Shown here piece by piece: positions 27,771 through 39,559 of a stretch of DNA of 64,000 bases. The first letter of the stretch is position 1; every line of letters begins with the position of its first letter. Source of the stretch: Obrimoposthia wandeli (taxonomy: Eukaryota); contig CDROCS010000457.1 of NCBI GenBank assembly GCA_977020255.1, positions 434,001-498,000 of the forward strand, given 5' to 3'. The notes beneath the pieces are model-generated. The model made no database searches. It saw only the letters and a program-made list of their open reading frames with translations, and was not told the DNA's origin. Made by a program: the position numbers and the translations under genes.

Positions 27771-29529
27771 ACCAAAGCCAACCCTGATCTCATTACTCCA
27801 ATAGCAAATCTATTTCCTAATCATTTTTCCTTTGTGTCTGTGTGGATGAATATAATGACGATTAAATTCAATATCAAACCGGCGGTAATACCTCGAGCCT
27901 CCCTCTCGACTGAGCTACTTCACAGCAACTGAAGTGCCTACGCCCTTCTCTCTCGTTCACCTAATTGCAATGGGCTTGCCAACGCCGTCTCTCACTCTCT
28001 CTCTCTGTATTTTATAAATTGTTAGCGGAGATTGAACTTCCCAATAAATTATGTAACCATAGCACAGTTTTCACACACATTTATCTTTCTACCAATTTAT
28101 ATATCTTATTTGTATCTGTATCTGTGTACAAAACCTTTTGTTAGAAGTACAAAATAAACAATATCCTTGTGTGGCTCAATGTAGTGATGAACGACTGAAT
28201 ATTGTTTTGAGCAACATTTTGATTATCGTTTCTTATCTGTTTGTCTGAATTAGGGAATAAGTAGTAGCACCTCCTTTTCGATATAAAATATGGAAAAAAA
28301 ATTATTCAACATTGAATAATATTGTTATTTTTTGACAGCACAAAATAAAATGGACAACAGATTTTCAGTAAATTGGGTTTCCATCGCACATTACCAAATA
28401 AGAAAAGACAATAGTAACTCAAACCTTGACAAATAACAAGGTGATTATTTTATATATTTGTGGCTTCCCAGATATCTCAATATAAAACCAATGGATTTTT
28501 GTTTCTAGTCTTGCGTGAGAAGCATCGTATATCACAAGTCAACAACATCAATTAAAAATTTACTAATAATATTAATGAATTATCAGCAAAAAAATATCAA
28601 AGAACGTTATATAACTTTTATTTTAATATTTTGTGACATTGATCAAAGCAAAATATGAACATACTATTAATTAATTGTGACTATAATTTTGAAAATTTTA
28701 TTATTTACAAATATTTTGTATATTTTATTAAAAAGTTATAGTATTTTAAAATCAAAATTTTTACAGACGGATGGTATATAGGAACTTGAGCCTATAATCT
28801 TGAAATTAGGAATTTATTTAAAAATTTATTTTTCATTTATAATATTCATATATCATTATTAATTTAAAATTTCTTAATTTCTTACATCATAATAATTTAT
28901 TGACCTAAATCAATAAATATTGGATACAATTTTATTAAACTTTCATTGTGGTGCATAAAGTCATTTATTTAAATTTTATTTTATGAAATTTAAACAAACG
29001 TATTTATATAAATATTATCAATTCACCGTTAATATGTATTAATTTATGGAATTTATAGAATTTTTTAATATGCTACTTAAAAAAATTTTTTGTATTAAAA
29101 TATTAACAAAAATCATTCAAAAAATAAATAATGACTTATGATACTGAAAGAAGTATGCATTTTCACCAACTCTTAACCAATCTTGGACCCATTCCTTCAC
29201 AATCGATGTCACCGTCGGATTAATCAAGTCTACACTTGGAAGAGAGAGAACCAAGTCACAATTAAAACTATGTGAACTACGAATTAAAGAAGTTAGACGA
29301 TACACTCAGGGATACCACATAAAATTATATTTTAAAGCTCCGGACATAATAGACTATGTGTTTGTGGTACTATCAATTTTAAAGAGGAACCCTTATATAA
29401 AAATCATATGAGTACTAGTACTGCAGGTTAAAAACCATTATAAACAATTCTTTCATCAGTACTAATGATACATCTGAGATCCTTGACGGTTATTACATGC
29501 TCACTTTTATACAATCTAAAGCATCATTA

Positions 29530-31043
29530 TGTTAGGAATAGGTTTTGATAAAATTAAAATGATTAATCATTATTATACTAAAATAAAAATCCTTGAAAGC
29601 AAGGTTATAATTAAGATAAAATTAATTATAAAATTAAAATTATAAAAATAAAATCATAAGGAAAATATTAGGACCACGAAGGTCATGTGTAGTGTGTGAG
29701 TATTTAAGGGATTTTAAACTTTACCAAAAGGCCCCAAAAAATTTAGCTAAAAATAGGAAGAAGTTGATTAACAAGAAAAAAGTTCATTGAAAGAAGAAGC
29801 AAGCTCAGAATTAATTATACGGAGAAGGAAGCAGAGCCGAGACAACGAGCACTCAGACAAGTGCATTAGACCACTTAGCGACGCTGCAAGAAGACAGCGA
29901 CTATCCAAATCCCAGCGCCGAGATCCAGTCTGCGCAAATTAGCGACACCAAAAGAAGACGCTGAGAACCGCCAGCCAGATCCACATCAGCGAGGTAGGTG
30001 CACTTAAAATTAAGTGCAGCATTAATTTTGTTCTAGGACAGGAGAAGCAACTATAAAAAGAAGAAGCCAGTAATTAGAAGACACAAGATTCCAGGGAAAT
30101 AACAGAAAATTAAAATTGAGAACTCGTCGATTTATTCCGAGTAATAACAGAAAATTTCAAATTGAGAACTCGTCGATTTTAATCCGAGTCAGAGAATAGT
30201 AGAAAATAATTAGAGAAGCAGAAAAGGTGGGTCTGCAACGCAGAAGAAGAATTAACTTTCCTTTTTAGAAAAGTAGAGTGGAGCTAAAAGGAGGTATGGT
30301 CAGCATCTGGAACCAGGAATCGAACGAGCCCGGGCGTACGGATATTTGGAGTGAGCCGGAGTCTGCCTACAGATTAGGAAGGTGAGCAGTAACAAACTAG
30401 AGTACGATTTTGCCAATTGTTAAATTCTCATTTTGTTAAAAAGACTCTACAAATTAGAGTACGATTTTGTTAAAGTAAACTCAGTTGTCCATTTTTTGAG
30501 AAAACTAAAGTTGTCCGTTCTAAGTAAGGAATTTGACTTAGAGAATCAGATTGAGATAAAAGAGTTTGATTAAGAAAACTTATTAAAATCAACCCATATT
30601 TTTAGAGCAACCAGCTCTCTAAAATCTAAACTTAACCTATATTCGCCCATAATTTTAGAGCAACAAGCTCTCTAAAATCAGCCATATTTTTGGAGTAAAG
30701 ACTCTAGTAAACAAACCACCCTAAAATAAAATCGATACGTGGATCATCCCCACTTGTGTAGAGACTTTGTGAAAATTTTAGGAATTGTATTGTCATTTTT
30801 AGAACGTAATTAGAACATGTTTAGCTTTGTGTGTTTAGTAATAAACGATTTCCTACAACTAGACAGCGTTGTTATACCCTTCATATTAGAAATAACAAAC
30901 CTTCAGATAAGAATTGAGACAGACAAGCATAACATTAAGTAGGCCACGAACATCTACAAGTCCTGCTTCTATAGAACTCACGTTGGGGCCCTCTATTCAG
31001 AGGTTCTATATTAGAAAAAGAGTTTCATATAGAAACCCCAACA
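29530..31043 (+). repeat. 5' LTR (family A, copy A2)
   Basis: Starts tgttagg and ends ccccaaca. TATA-like tatttaa at 29701; AATAAA at 30840-30845. Confidence 0.92.
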
Positions 31044-31051
31044 TATTAAAT

Positions 31052-31358
31052 TGGTGACCCGAGTGAGGATAGCACTATTTTTTAGAACGTAATTAGAACG
31101 TGTTTAGCTTAGTGTGTTTAGTAATAAACGATTTCCTACAACTAGACAGCGTTGTTATAGACCCTTCAAATTAGAAATAATAAACCTTCAGATAAGAATT
31201 GAGACTGGCAAGCATAACATTAAGTAGGCCACAAACATCTACAAGTCCTGTTGCTATAGAACTCACGTTGGGGCCCTCTATTCAGAGGTTCTATATTAGA
31301 AAAACAGTTTCATATAGAAACCCCAACATATTAAATTGGTGCCCCAAATGAGGATAGC
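31052..31358 (+). promoter_or_regulatory. Two primer-binding sites (31052 and 31337) separated by a duplicated LTR 3' end (~31078-31328); probably elongator tRNA-Met
   Basis: TGGTGACCCGAGTGAGGAT and TGGTGCCCCAAATGAGGAT compared with the complement of the animal elongator tRNA-Met 3' end, TGGTGCCCCGTGTGAGGAT. Each follows ccccaaca-tattaaat. Confidence 0.75.
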
Positions 31359-31464
31359 TCGTCGGACACAGCGACTTCACGTAGAATAAGAAAGCAAATT
31401 AAGAGTAAGTTACAGAAGAAGAAGATACAAGCAAATTGAGAAAAGAGAATCGAATAAGTTTTGA

Positions 31465-31660
31465 AATCGAGTAGATTTGTTCCTCGAATTAAGTAATTTG
31501 ATAAAGTTTGTAAAATCGAGTTGATTTGTTCCTCGAATTAAGTAATTTGATAAAGTTTGTAAAATCGAGTAGATTTGTTCCTCGAATTAAGTAATTTGAT
31601 AAAGTTTGTGAATCGAGTAGATTTGTTCCTCGAATTAAGTAATTTGAATAAAAATTGTGA
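31465..31660. repeat. 49-bp tandem repeats in the 5' leader
   Basis: atcgagtagatttgttcctcgaattaagtaatttgataaagtttgtaaa at 31466, 31515, 31564 and 31612. Confidence 0.9.
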
Positions 31661-31829
31661 ATCGAGTGGAATTGTTCTCAAACAAAGTCCTCGAATTAAA
31701 TAAATCGGAGTAAATAAATTGAATAAGTTAAGTCGAGTCGACAAAGTCCTCGAATTAAATAAATTGATATAAGAAATCGTAAAATAAGAATTGTGAAATA
31801 AGATAAAAGTAATAAGTAAATTGATATCG

Positions 31830-33800
31830 CAAACGAATACATAATTGATAAAACAACGAATAATAAAAAGGGACCCGCATTTAATACTAGAAGACAAAGA
31901 CAGATTCTTCAGGAAGAGATAAATAATAATAGTTTTAGCCGAATTGAACAGGTTCCTCAAACAGATAAAAAAGTAATAGAAGAAACTAGAATCGAAGAAA
32001 ACGTATCAGAAAGGGACGTTAATCAATCAGCAGTTTCAACCGACAGTTTTGATTTGACTGATTTGTTTGGTGAAATAAACCAAGAAGAAATTGAAGTTAT
32101 TGAAGTTCAAAACCCAGAAGAAATTGAAATTGCCAATCCAGTAGAGGTTGAGGAAGTTCAATTGGATAATATTGAAGAAATAGCTGAGAATATAGCTGAA
32201 AATATGGCTCAAGCAGGAGCTCAACCAGGTAATAACCCAGGAAATAATGTAGGTGGAATGAACGCAGAACAGTTGGCACAAGCCTTGAATGCGACATTGA
32301 GACCCAACTTTTCTGGATCACTGCAGATTACAAAGTTTAAAGGAGATGAGGAAAGTATTTGGGACTTCCTCGCAGAACAATCGAGTTGTGCAGATGTTCA
32401 AGGATGGAACGATAGAGAAAAATGTGTCCGTGTACAGGCACATCTGACCGGATTAGCACTTGAAGTGTATAAACATTTGACACAGCAGAACGTTTAAATT
32501 AGGAAACGTTGGAAAGTGCTTTTATTGGAAAATTGGTATTGGGAGACTTAGCAAAAGTAAATAAGCGAATCATGAGAGAACGGAAACAGAAACATGTTCG
32601 AAAGCGTGAGTTAATACGCGTATGTTTTGAGAACCTTGGCCGCACGAGTGAACCCAAGAAGAATAGTGAGAAATCAGGCAGGTGACCCTGTAGCTCAAGA
32701 AGCACAAGTAGCGGAAGATGAACGGAACCAAAATGAAATGGCAGAAGTTTTGTTAGATATATTTAGAGGAGGACTGAAAAAAGACATTAAAATGTTATTG
32801 GCCGTATCGGATACAAATGATTTTGATAACGCCGTTCGAAAGGCGAGAGAAATTGAGAAAAATATAAAAAATAACGCAGCATTGGCAATTTACGCAATGG
32901 CCGCAGGTTATGGCGATAATACAAAGGTATTTGTGAATAAGACAGAACCGAGTAATTTTCAGAATCGAAATTATGGACAAAATAAGTTCGAAAAAAGAAG
33001 ATGAATCCAGTAACGGAAATAGAGATAATTTCAGAAGTAGAAATATAGATTATTCGAGAGGTAGAAATAATAGCGAGCCTTGGAACAGGAATCGAGACGA
33101 TTCAAGAGGTAGAAGTAGTAATGATTCGTGGAACCGAAATAGAGATGATTCCAGAAATAGATTTGGTAGAGATAATTCAGGAAATCGCCAACCGTGGAGA
33201 GGAGACGATAGGAATTATAACGCAAACAGAGGAGAGCGAAATGACTTCCGATTTGGAAATAATACCGGAAGTAGTGATAGAAGATTCAATAATCGAGGAA
33301 GCAGTTTTGAATCAAATTTCCGAAGAAATGATTTTAGAGGACGCTATGACAATAGACAAAATAGTCGTCGAGTACAGTTCGAAGATGAACAAAATAAGAT
33401 AGATATTCGAAGGAGAATAATGTGTTATACGTGTAAACAGATGGGTCACTACTTGAGAGATTGTACGAGAAGTAAAGAATTCGGAACTAACAGATTTGGA
33501 AATAATAATTTCGGAAATAATAATTTTGGAAATAATTATAGAGGATATAATTCACCCCCGCCGTGGAATAGAGGTGGTGGGTATACTCCACCGCAATGGA
33601 GACCGAATAATCAGTATACGGATAGACAACAGTCACCAGACAGATACAATAATTATGCAGACAGACAGCAAGGAGCTGAGAGATACAATAATTACGTAGG
33701 ACAGCAAGGAGCTGAGAGATATAATAATTCCGGAAGATATAATAACAATAATGTTGACAAGACAAACAGTCGTGAGGGTTCACCAAAACCGAAGGGAAAT
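31830..33800 (+). pseudogene. gag: Gag (frameshifted) with CCHC zinc knuckle and R/N/G-rich repeats
   Basis: Fragments 32054-32497, 32627-33004 and 32973 onward. Capsid-like LQITKFKGDEESIWDFL..W..LTGLALEVY and ESVS*YAYVLRTLA. Knuckle CYTCKQMGHYLRDC at ~33422-33463. Confidence 0.88.
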
Positions 33801-34337
33801 TTTAGTTACGTAAATGATGACAGCGATAGGAATCTCGAGACCGAACTTCGACGCGAAATAGATTTTGAAGATAGTGATAATAAATTCGAACGAATGTTGG
33901 GAATAATTAAAGATTCACCGCATACAAAGATGGCGAATTCATCTACGTTGTCGAAACAAGAAAAAAATCTACACTCAAGAGAAGAGATGAGTGATTTGAT
34001 GAACCGAATACTAGAAGTGCATGAGACACCAATCGAGAAAACGTGTAACGCACAACCTATGACTGATCACATAGAAGTAGCAAGAAATGCTAAGAGTATG
34101 GAAAATGTGATAAAGATAATTAATGAAGCTAAAGAGACGTTGAATCAACCGTTAGAGGAAGCGAGTGAAGCTCCAGAAGTTTTGGCAAAACTACAAACAA
34201 TTAAAGTTCACAGATTGGAAGAAGTGCGAGCAGAATTGGTTAAACATAGTCATGATAACTTGACTTACAAAGACATATTACGAGGATTATTGAAAGGATA
34301 TGGTCGTTACGTACAGAGATCAAACCAAAAAGGAACG

Positions 34338-34565
34338 CTGAAAATTTCACTTCGATTAATTTCCGGACAGATTATGCATGAAAAACTTAACGTATACCAA
34401 ACAATGAAAACAGTTCGAAAAAAGTTGGCCGAGAAACTTGAAATTGATGGAATGAATATGTTGTTCCATTATAAAGGGAGATCACTAGATGATGAGGACG
34501 TACCAGTCGAGTGTGGATATCCGATAGGAAACGAATTAGAGGAAAAGATTGATGTCATCACTGTA
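34338..34565 (+). CDS. SUMO/ubiquitin-like domain within the Gag-extended ORF
   Basis: LKISLRLISGQIMHEKLNVYQTMKTVRKKLAEKLEIDGMNMLFHYKGRSLDDEDVPVECG..EKIDV follows the beta-grasp pattern and has SUMO-like F..G..L.D...P...IDV. Confidence 0.7.
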
Positions 34566-35061
34566 GGACGTCAGGAGTTAGTAGATAATGAAGGATTGGC
34601 TAAGATATTGAATTCTGCGTTAGATATGATAACAACGCCTATAGAAATTTTAGACAGTTCAAGCGAAAGCGGAAATAATAATGTAGCTGAAGCTTGGAAC
34701 AAGACGTCCACACCTGAACCAAACGTAGCTGAACCAGACGTGGAACCAAAAAATGAGTTGACGAATCTGGTAGTTGAATTACCACCAGAGCAGGATATAA
34801 TTCAAACCAGACAAGATGAAGTCACGGTTGTAGCTAACCAAGTGAGAGAAAGCGAAAATGTAACCGAACTAGTTGGAGAAGACGAAGTCTCCGATATTGT
34901 AGATTTAGATTCACCAATTTGGCATGCCGCATACAGAGATAGACAAGCAGAGCAGACGATGCGACAAAACGAGGAGATTGGTCATGTAGCAGGACCAAGT
35001 CAAGAGGTACGGTATAATGATGAACCGTATGATCCAGGTGAGAATCAAACTGAGTATCAGT

Positions 35062-35095
35062 ATTTTCGAAGAGGACCTGGAAGACCTAGAAAGGA
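35062..35095 (+). other. AT-hook motif
   Basis: RRGPGRPRK in ORF 32973-35198. Confidence 0.6.
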
Positions 35096-35222
35096 CGGAA
35101 GTATATTACGAAATGTTCTAACTGCACCTCAAACTGATGAGGAGAGACATCAAAGAATTGGGCAGTTAGAAGCGTCATTAGAGCAGTATAGTGCATAGCG
35201 AAATGAAGATATCAGAGGTGAT

Positions 35223-35630
35223 ATGAATTCGGAAGCTCCAAGTAGTAAATATATACTTACGGGAATTCTCAGACAAGTAAAGCCGAAGTTGTTCAAAATG
35301 TACAAAGATGAAACAACCGATATAACAGACAATTTGACTAGAGCAGTTAGATCACAAATGTCTGCAGTGAAGAGAATGACTGCGAATCAAGGATACCATG
35401 TATCGATAGACAAATTTTACGATGGCGAAGTTTTAGCGAGATTATGAGGAAACCAGACTACAAATAAAAAGCTAATCACAGCGATTACATACCTATGTTT
35501 CCAATTGACGGAAAGAACGAGCCAACCCCACGAAGTCAAACAAGGAATAAATGAAGCGATGTATCTGATCGAGAACGTATTGCAGCGACGAATTGTCGAA
35601 AACGGAGGTTGGGCAAAATTAAGCGACTAC
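35223..35630 (+). pseudogene. Bcl-2-like domain (one internal TGA)
   Basis: RL*GNQTTNKKLITAITYLC sits at a BH1-like position. NVLQRRIVENGGWAKL matches BH2 (cf. RHLHTWIQDNGGWDAF). Same frame as the Gag ORF and the env signal peptide. Confidence 0.55.
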
Positions 35631-35738
35631 GCTAAAACCATTGTGGAAATGAATGAAGACGATGATGAACAATGTCATGAGAATCGTCAAAGAGAAAATA
35701 AACAATACCGTCCGAAAGAAAGAAACAATCAACCAAAT

Positions 35739-37545
35739 ATGTCCACAACGTTGATGATGATGATGTTAGTAATGTTTATGGGAATGCAACAGGCATCAGC
35801 GTTAGTAGCATACGACTGTAGCGTACCACAGATGGGACAAAAGTATTCACTGTCCAGAATCACAGCCATCAAAATTAGAAATTAAAGGTGTTGAAAACTA
35901 TGTCGTGTATTAGGATGTTGATAAAATACAAGTACAAGTGAAGGAATGTTCAGTTCATTCAAGTTATCACGAATTTTACTGTGGTCATAGAAGTTTCATG
36001 TCGGAAATCACACCTACCACACCGTACAAACCACACAAGGTCTTTCCGAGAGATTGCGAAGACGCATTTCGAACAGGAAAAATAGAAATAGATAAGAATT
36101 ACACACCTGACGTAAAAGTTGGGGTGAGACGATACGAAACAGTCACGAGAGTAGGACGACGATGGGCTGATGGATCTTGTGACGGAGGAACAAAAAACGT
36201 GCGTGGTACCAAAGTAACAGCCTTAGTAATGGACGTAACTTACCAGATCGAATTAAAAACATGGACCGCAAATTTTGATAAAAATACAAAACGAATGATG
36301 AAGTATCCGGAATGTAGATTGACAGATACATCTTGTCATACAGGTTAATCCACAATTGTGTATCACGTGGATACAAAACAATGCTCATTAGTATTTTTGA
36401 AAGAAATTAAATTTAATAAAATAAAAGGGTTCCTGTATAATAAAGATGGAGAAGGATTTCATAACACAACAGGACCAATTCCTACGACGCTGACACGTAC
36501 ATTGTTAATGGCAACATCAACAGAAGAAGGATTGATATTTATTAAAAAGAGAAATAAAGCGCGATGCGGAATGACTGTTAGTACTACAAACTATCCTGGA
36601 ATAGTTTTGTCAAGAGAATCAATAGCATTGGCAGGAACCAAGTTAAAACCTAGAGATATGCAGCTACACACGTATTTTAATAATAAAATTGATTTCTATT
36701 ATCATAAAGGATTGATGCAAATGGAACAGTTATATCGGATGATGATTGAGAGAGATTGTCAGTTAAACAAAGAGATTGTAAGAACAAAGTTAGCATTAGC
36801 TATTACGAATCCGGACATGGTAGTACCATTATTACCCTTAGATGAAGGAGTATTTGCTAAAACCATGGGAGAGGTACTGTATACTTACAAGTGTAAAAAA
36901 GTAGAAGTACAGTTGAGAAAAACAGACCGATGTACGAGTGAATTGGCAGTAACGCATAATTTAAAAGAACTCTTTGTTGAACCAATCACGAGAATGATAC
37001 TTCCAAAAGACACTCCAACCAAAGAAATCAGCTGCTCTAATATAATGGCACCTGAATATCAGATGACGAATGATCTATGGATAACGCTACCTGACCGAAA
37101 ACAAACAACAACTTCAAAGATGATAAAAATGACGACTCTTAAAGGAAAAATGAAATTCGAAGCGATAAAGAATATGGAAAATGTAGGTCTATACAATGAG
37201 AAAGACTTAAAAGCAGCCTGGAACGAAATAATGTTTCCAGTAAGAAGGGCCAGAGTACTTACGGAGATGGTACATCGTGCATTACCGCCAGGAGCTAGAT
37301 ATGCGAATTTTGATATGTTATTGTCGCCAAGTCATTTCAAGGAAGCAGCACATCAGACATTTAGAAAGATGTGGGGGAAATTCCTTGTTTTAGGACAGTT
37401 ATTTTCAGGTATTTATGTTATAATTAAATTTGTGCAGGTAATTATAGCCCAGGTGTTGTCTACGTATAGTTTATACAGGATAACCGGAATCACCTGGCAA
37501 CTTATAATTGGATGTTTTCCATTTTTAGCTAAATATATAATGCAC
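35739..37545 (+). pseudogene. env: Envelope-like class III fusion glycoprotein (chuvirus/Jingchuvirales G-like); one frameshift (~35860-35930) and one stop (36346)
   Basis: Signal peptide MSTTLMMMMLVMFMGMQQASA followed by LVAYDC. Motifs CSVHSSYHEFYCGHRS, YFNNKIDFYYH, CQLNKEIVRTKLALAITNP..GVFAKTMGEVLYTYKCKKVEVQLRKTDRCTSELAV..LFVEPITRMI. C-terminal hydrophobic block WGKFLVLGQLFSGIYVIIKFV...LIIGCFPFL. Confidence 0.82.
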
Positions 37546-37914
37546 CATCATCACGAGAACGAGTTGCGAGCCCTCAAGAAGGAGCAACATCAAACGAGAA
37601 CCATGATACGAGAACCAAGAAACTACCGAGACGACAACGACGACGATAACGATAGTCCAGGAGAATATGCGAAGATACCAAATACAGGACAAGCAAAGAA
37701 TCCATTACAAGACAAGGAAGAAGTGGAGCCAAACCTATATCCAATGAAGGAATTAAAGGAAGAGAAGGAAAAGTTCAAGAGAAGCATTTTAATGATAAGA
37801 TGGCCTAGAGTGAACTACAGTGAGATTCCACAAGCAGAAGAAAGAGACAAAAAAGATAATTCCAGAAGTATTCTGAAGTCTAGGATATCCAATGAGAATC
37901 CGAATGCTCCACCA

Positions 37915-38200
37915 CAGGTAGCAGTAACACTGAACGGAAGAGAATACCTTGTCGAAGTTGATACTGGATCTGCAGTATCAGTGCTGAGTAAAGAAATCTT
38001 GTCATCAAAAGAATTAGGAGCAGTATGTCCTAGAAAACAGACATTTGTTAACGTAAATGGTACAGATGTAGTATCAGAAGGAACACTGAAATGTAAATTA
38101 ATTATTGATGGAAGACCATTGCAGTTAAATGCTAGAATATTCACAGATTGTGGTAATCCAGTCATGATTCGGATGGACGTAATACGAATGTTTGAAGGAA
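37915..38200 (+). CDS. Retropepsin aspartic protease, copy 1
   Basis: VTLNGREYLVEVDTGSAVSVL (DTG at 37960)...FVNVNG...PVMIRMDVI. Confidence 0.85.
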
Positions 38201-38450
38201 TAATAATATTACCAAACAACAAGAGTTCAAATAACAACAGTTCAGTGAGAGATATAAAGATGTTGAGAGGACCTACAGTTGAAAAGGAAAAATACACTAG
38301 TTTCTGTATGGGAGATCCGTACCGAAACAGGAAACAGGAAGTGTTAGTAAAGTCGATACTTCATTACAAAGGAGTAGACAACGGACCACAAGCCATGGGG
38401 AGGAGGAAAATAACATATGATAGTATAGGAGAAACAGCTCCTTTTAGAAT

Positions 38451-39445
38451 CGAGAGGAATAGACGAAGGTCACTAGAACCGTACCATTCAAAAGAAATGA
38501 CACACAAAATGGCGAGAACGGGTTTACAAATGTTAAACGGAGATACGACAAAAAACTCTGGTTCTGAGAAAGTAGTACGATGCGTATATTGTAGAGTAAA
38601 GTTTAGAAATTGGGAAAACAATGATAACCCAATGAAACGTCATAAAAGAAAAGCACCAACATGTCCATTCCTCCTGAAATTGAGAACTGCAAACGAACCA
38701 AAAATTCAAACTGGAAAGGCACCCGATTTTGACAACAGTGACGAGATTCCAGAAGGAGGAACAGTTCAAATAATAGGCATGTGATAACAAATAGTCGAAT
38801 TGAAGACGTATTCGAAGTAATGCGAGAAATAAACGAATGTGACGAACAATATCGAGAGGTAACATTTGAAGATCCGAGACTTAAAAAATTGGCAAAAAAG
38901 GGACTTTTTGCTATAAAAAAGGATGGTAAAGACGTAATTAAATGCCACAAATGTAAAAAAGAACGAATTATTGACAGATATACTCTTGAGTTACCTAAGA
39001 AAACTTTACATCATGAATTTTGCGAGTTTGTAGTTTTAAAATCAAAATAAAGCAAAAAGAACAGAAAACTGAATGTATAGTCGAATACCAAATCACACGG
39101 AAAGAGATTTTGGCTCAACAAGACACACCGGTAGTGTCATTCGTGAGAAGACTATATCCAAAAGAAGCAGAAAGAATCAGAGATTTGGTAGAATTAAAAA
39201 TAAAAACTACGCGAAACGGATACGGATCAATTTTTGAATTACTACGAGATAAAGATGACAGTTCAATTGAAACAAAAGAGAAAGAGTACATAAATGAACT
39301 AGAATACATGCTAGAAGATCTGGAATGCGCAGTTTGTATGGTCAACAAAGTAGAAGTTGCCTTTTTACCATGTAGACATGTGAGAACATGCCGGAGACGT
39401 GCGAAGGAAATGGTAACATGTCCGATTTGTAGAAGAATAATAGAT
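38451..39445 (+). pseudogene. IAP-like module: BIR - BIR - RING (frameshifted)
   Basis: BIR1 RRRSL..MARTG..VVRCVYCRVKFRNWENNDNPMKRHKRKAPTCPF (CX2CX16HX6C). BIR2-like REVTF..LAKKGLF..DVIKCHKC..HHEFCEFV. IAP-type RING CAVCMVNKVEVAFLPCRHVRTCRRR..CPICR, with one Cys to Arg change. Confidence 0.88.
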
Positions 39446-39559
39446 CGACAAGTGAGAAATATTAGATTTCACTATCCAAACAAAATAAGTGGACCGACAA
39501 AATGTAATAATTCGATAAATACGATATACCATATGGGAAATATAAATAGAGCACAGCGA

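Noticed and set aside
29117-29305. 62-aa minus-strand ORF next to the 5' LTR as a disrupted host exon
   Set aside because: No recognisable homology or convincing splice partners.
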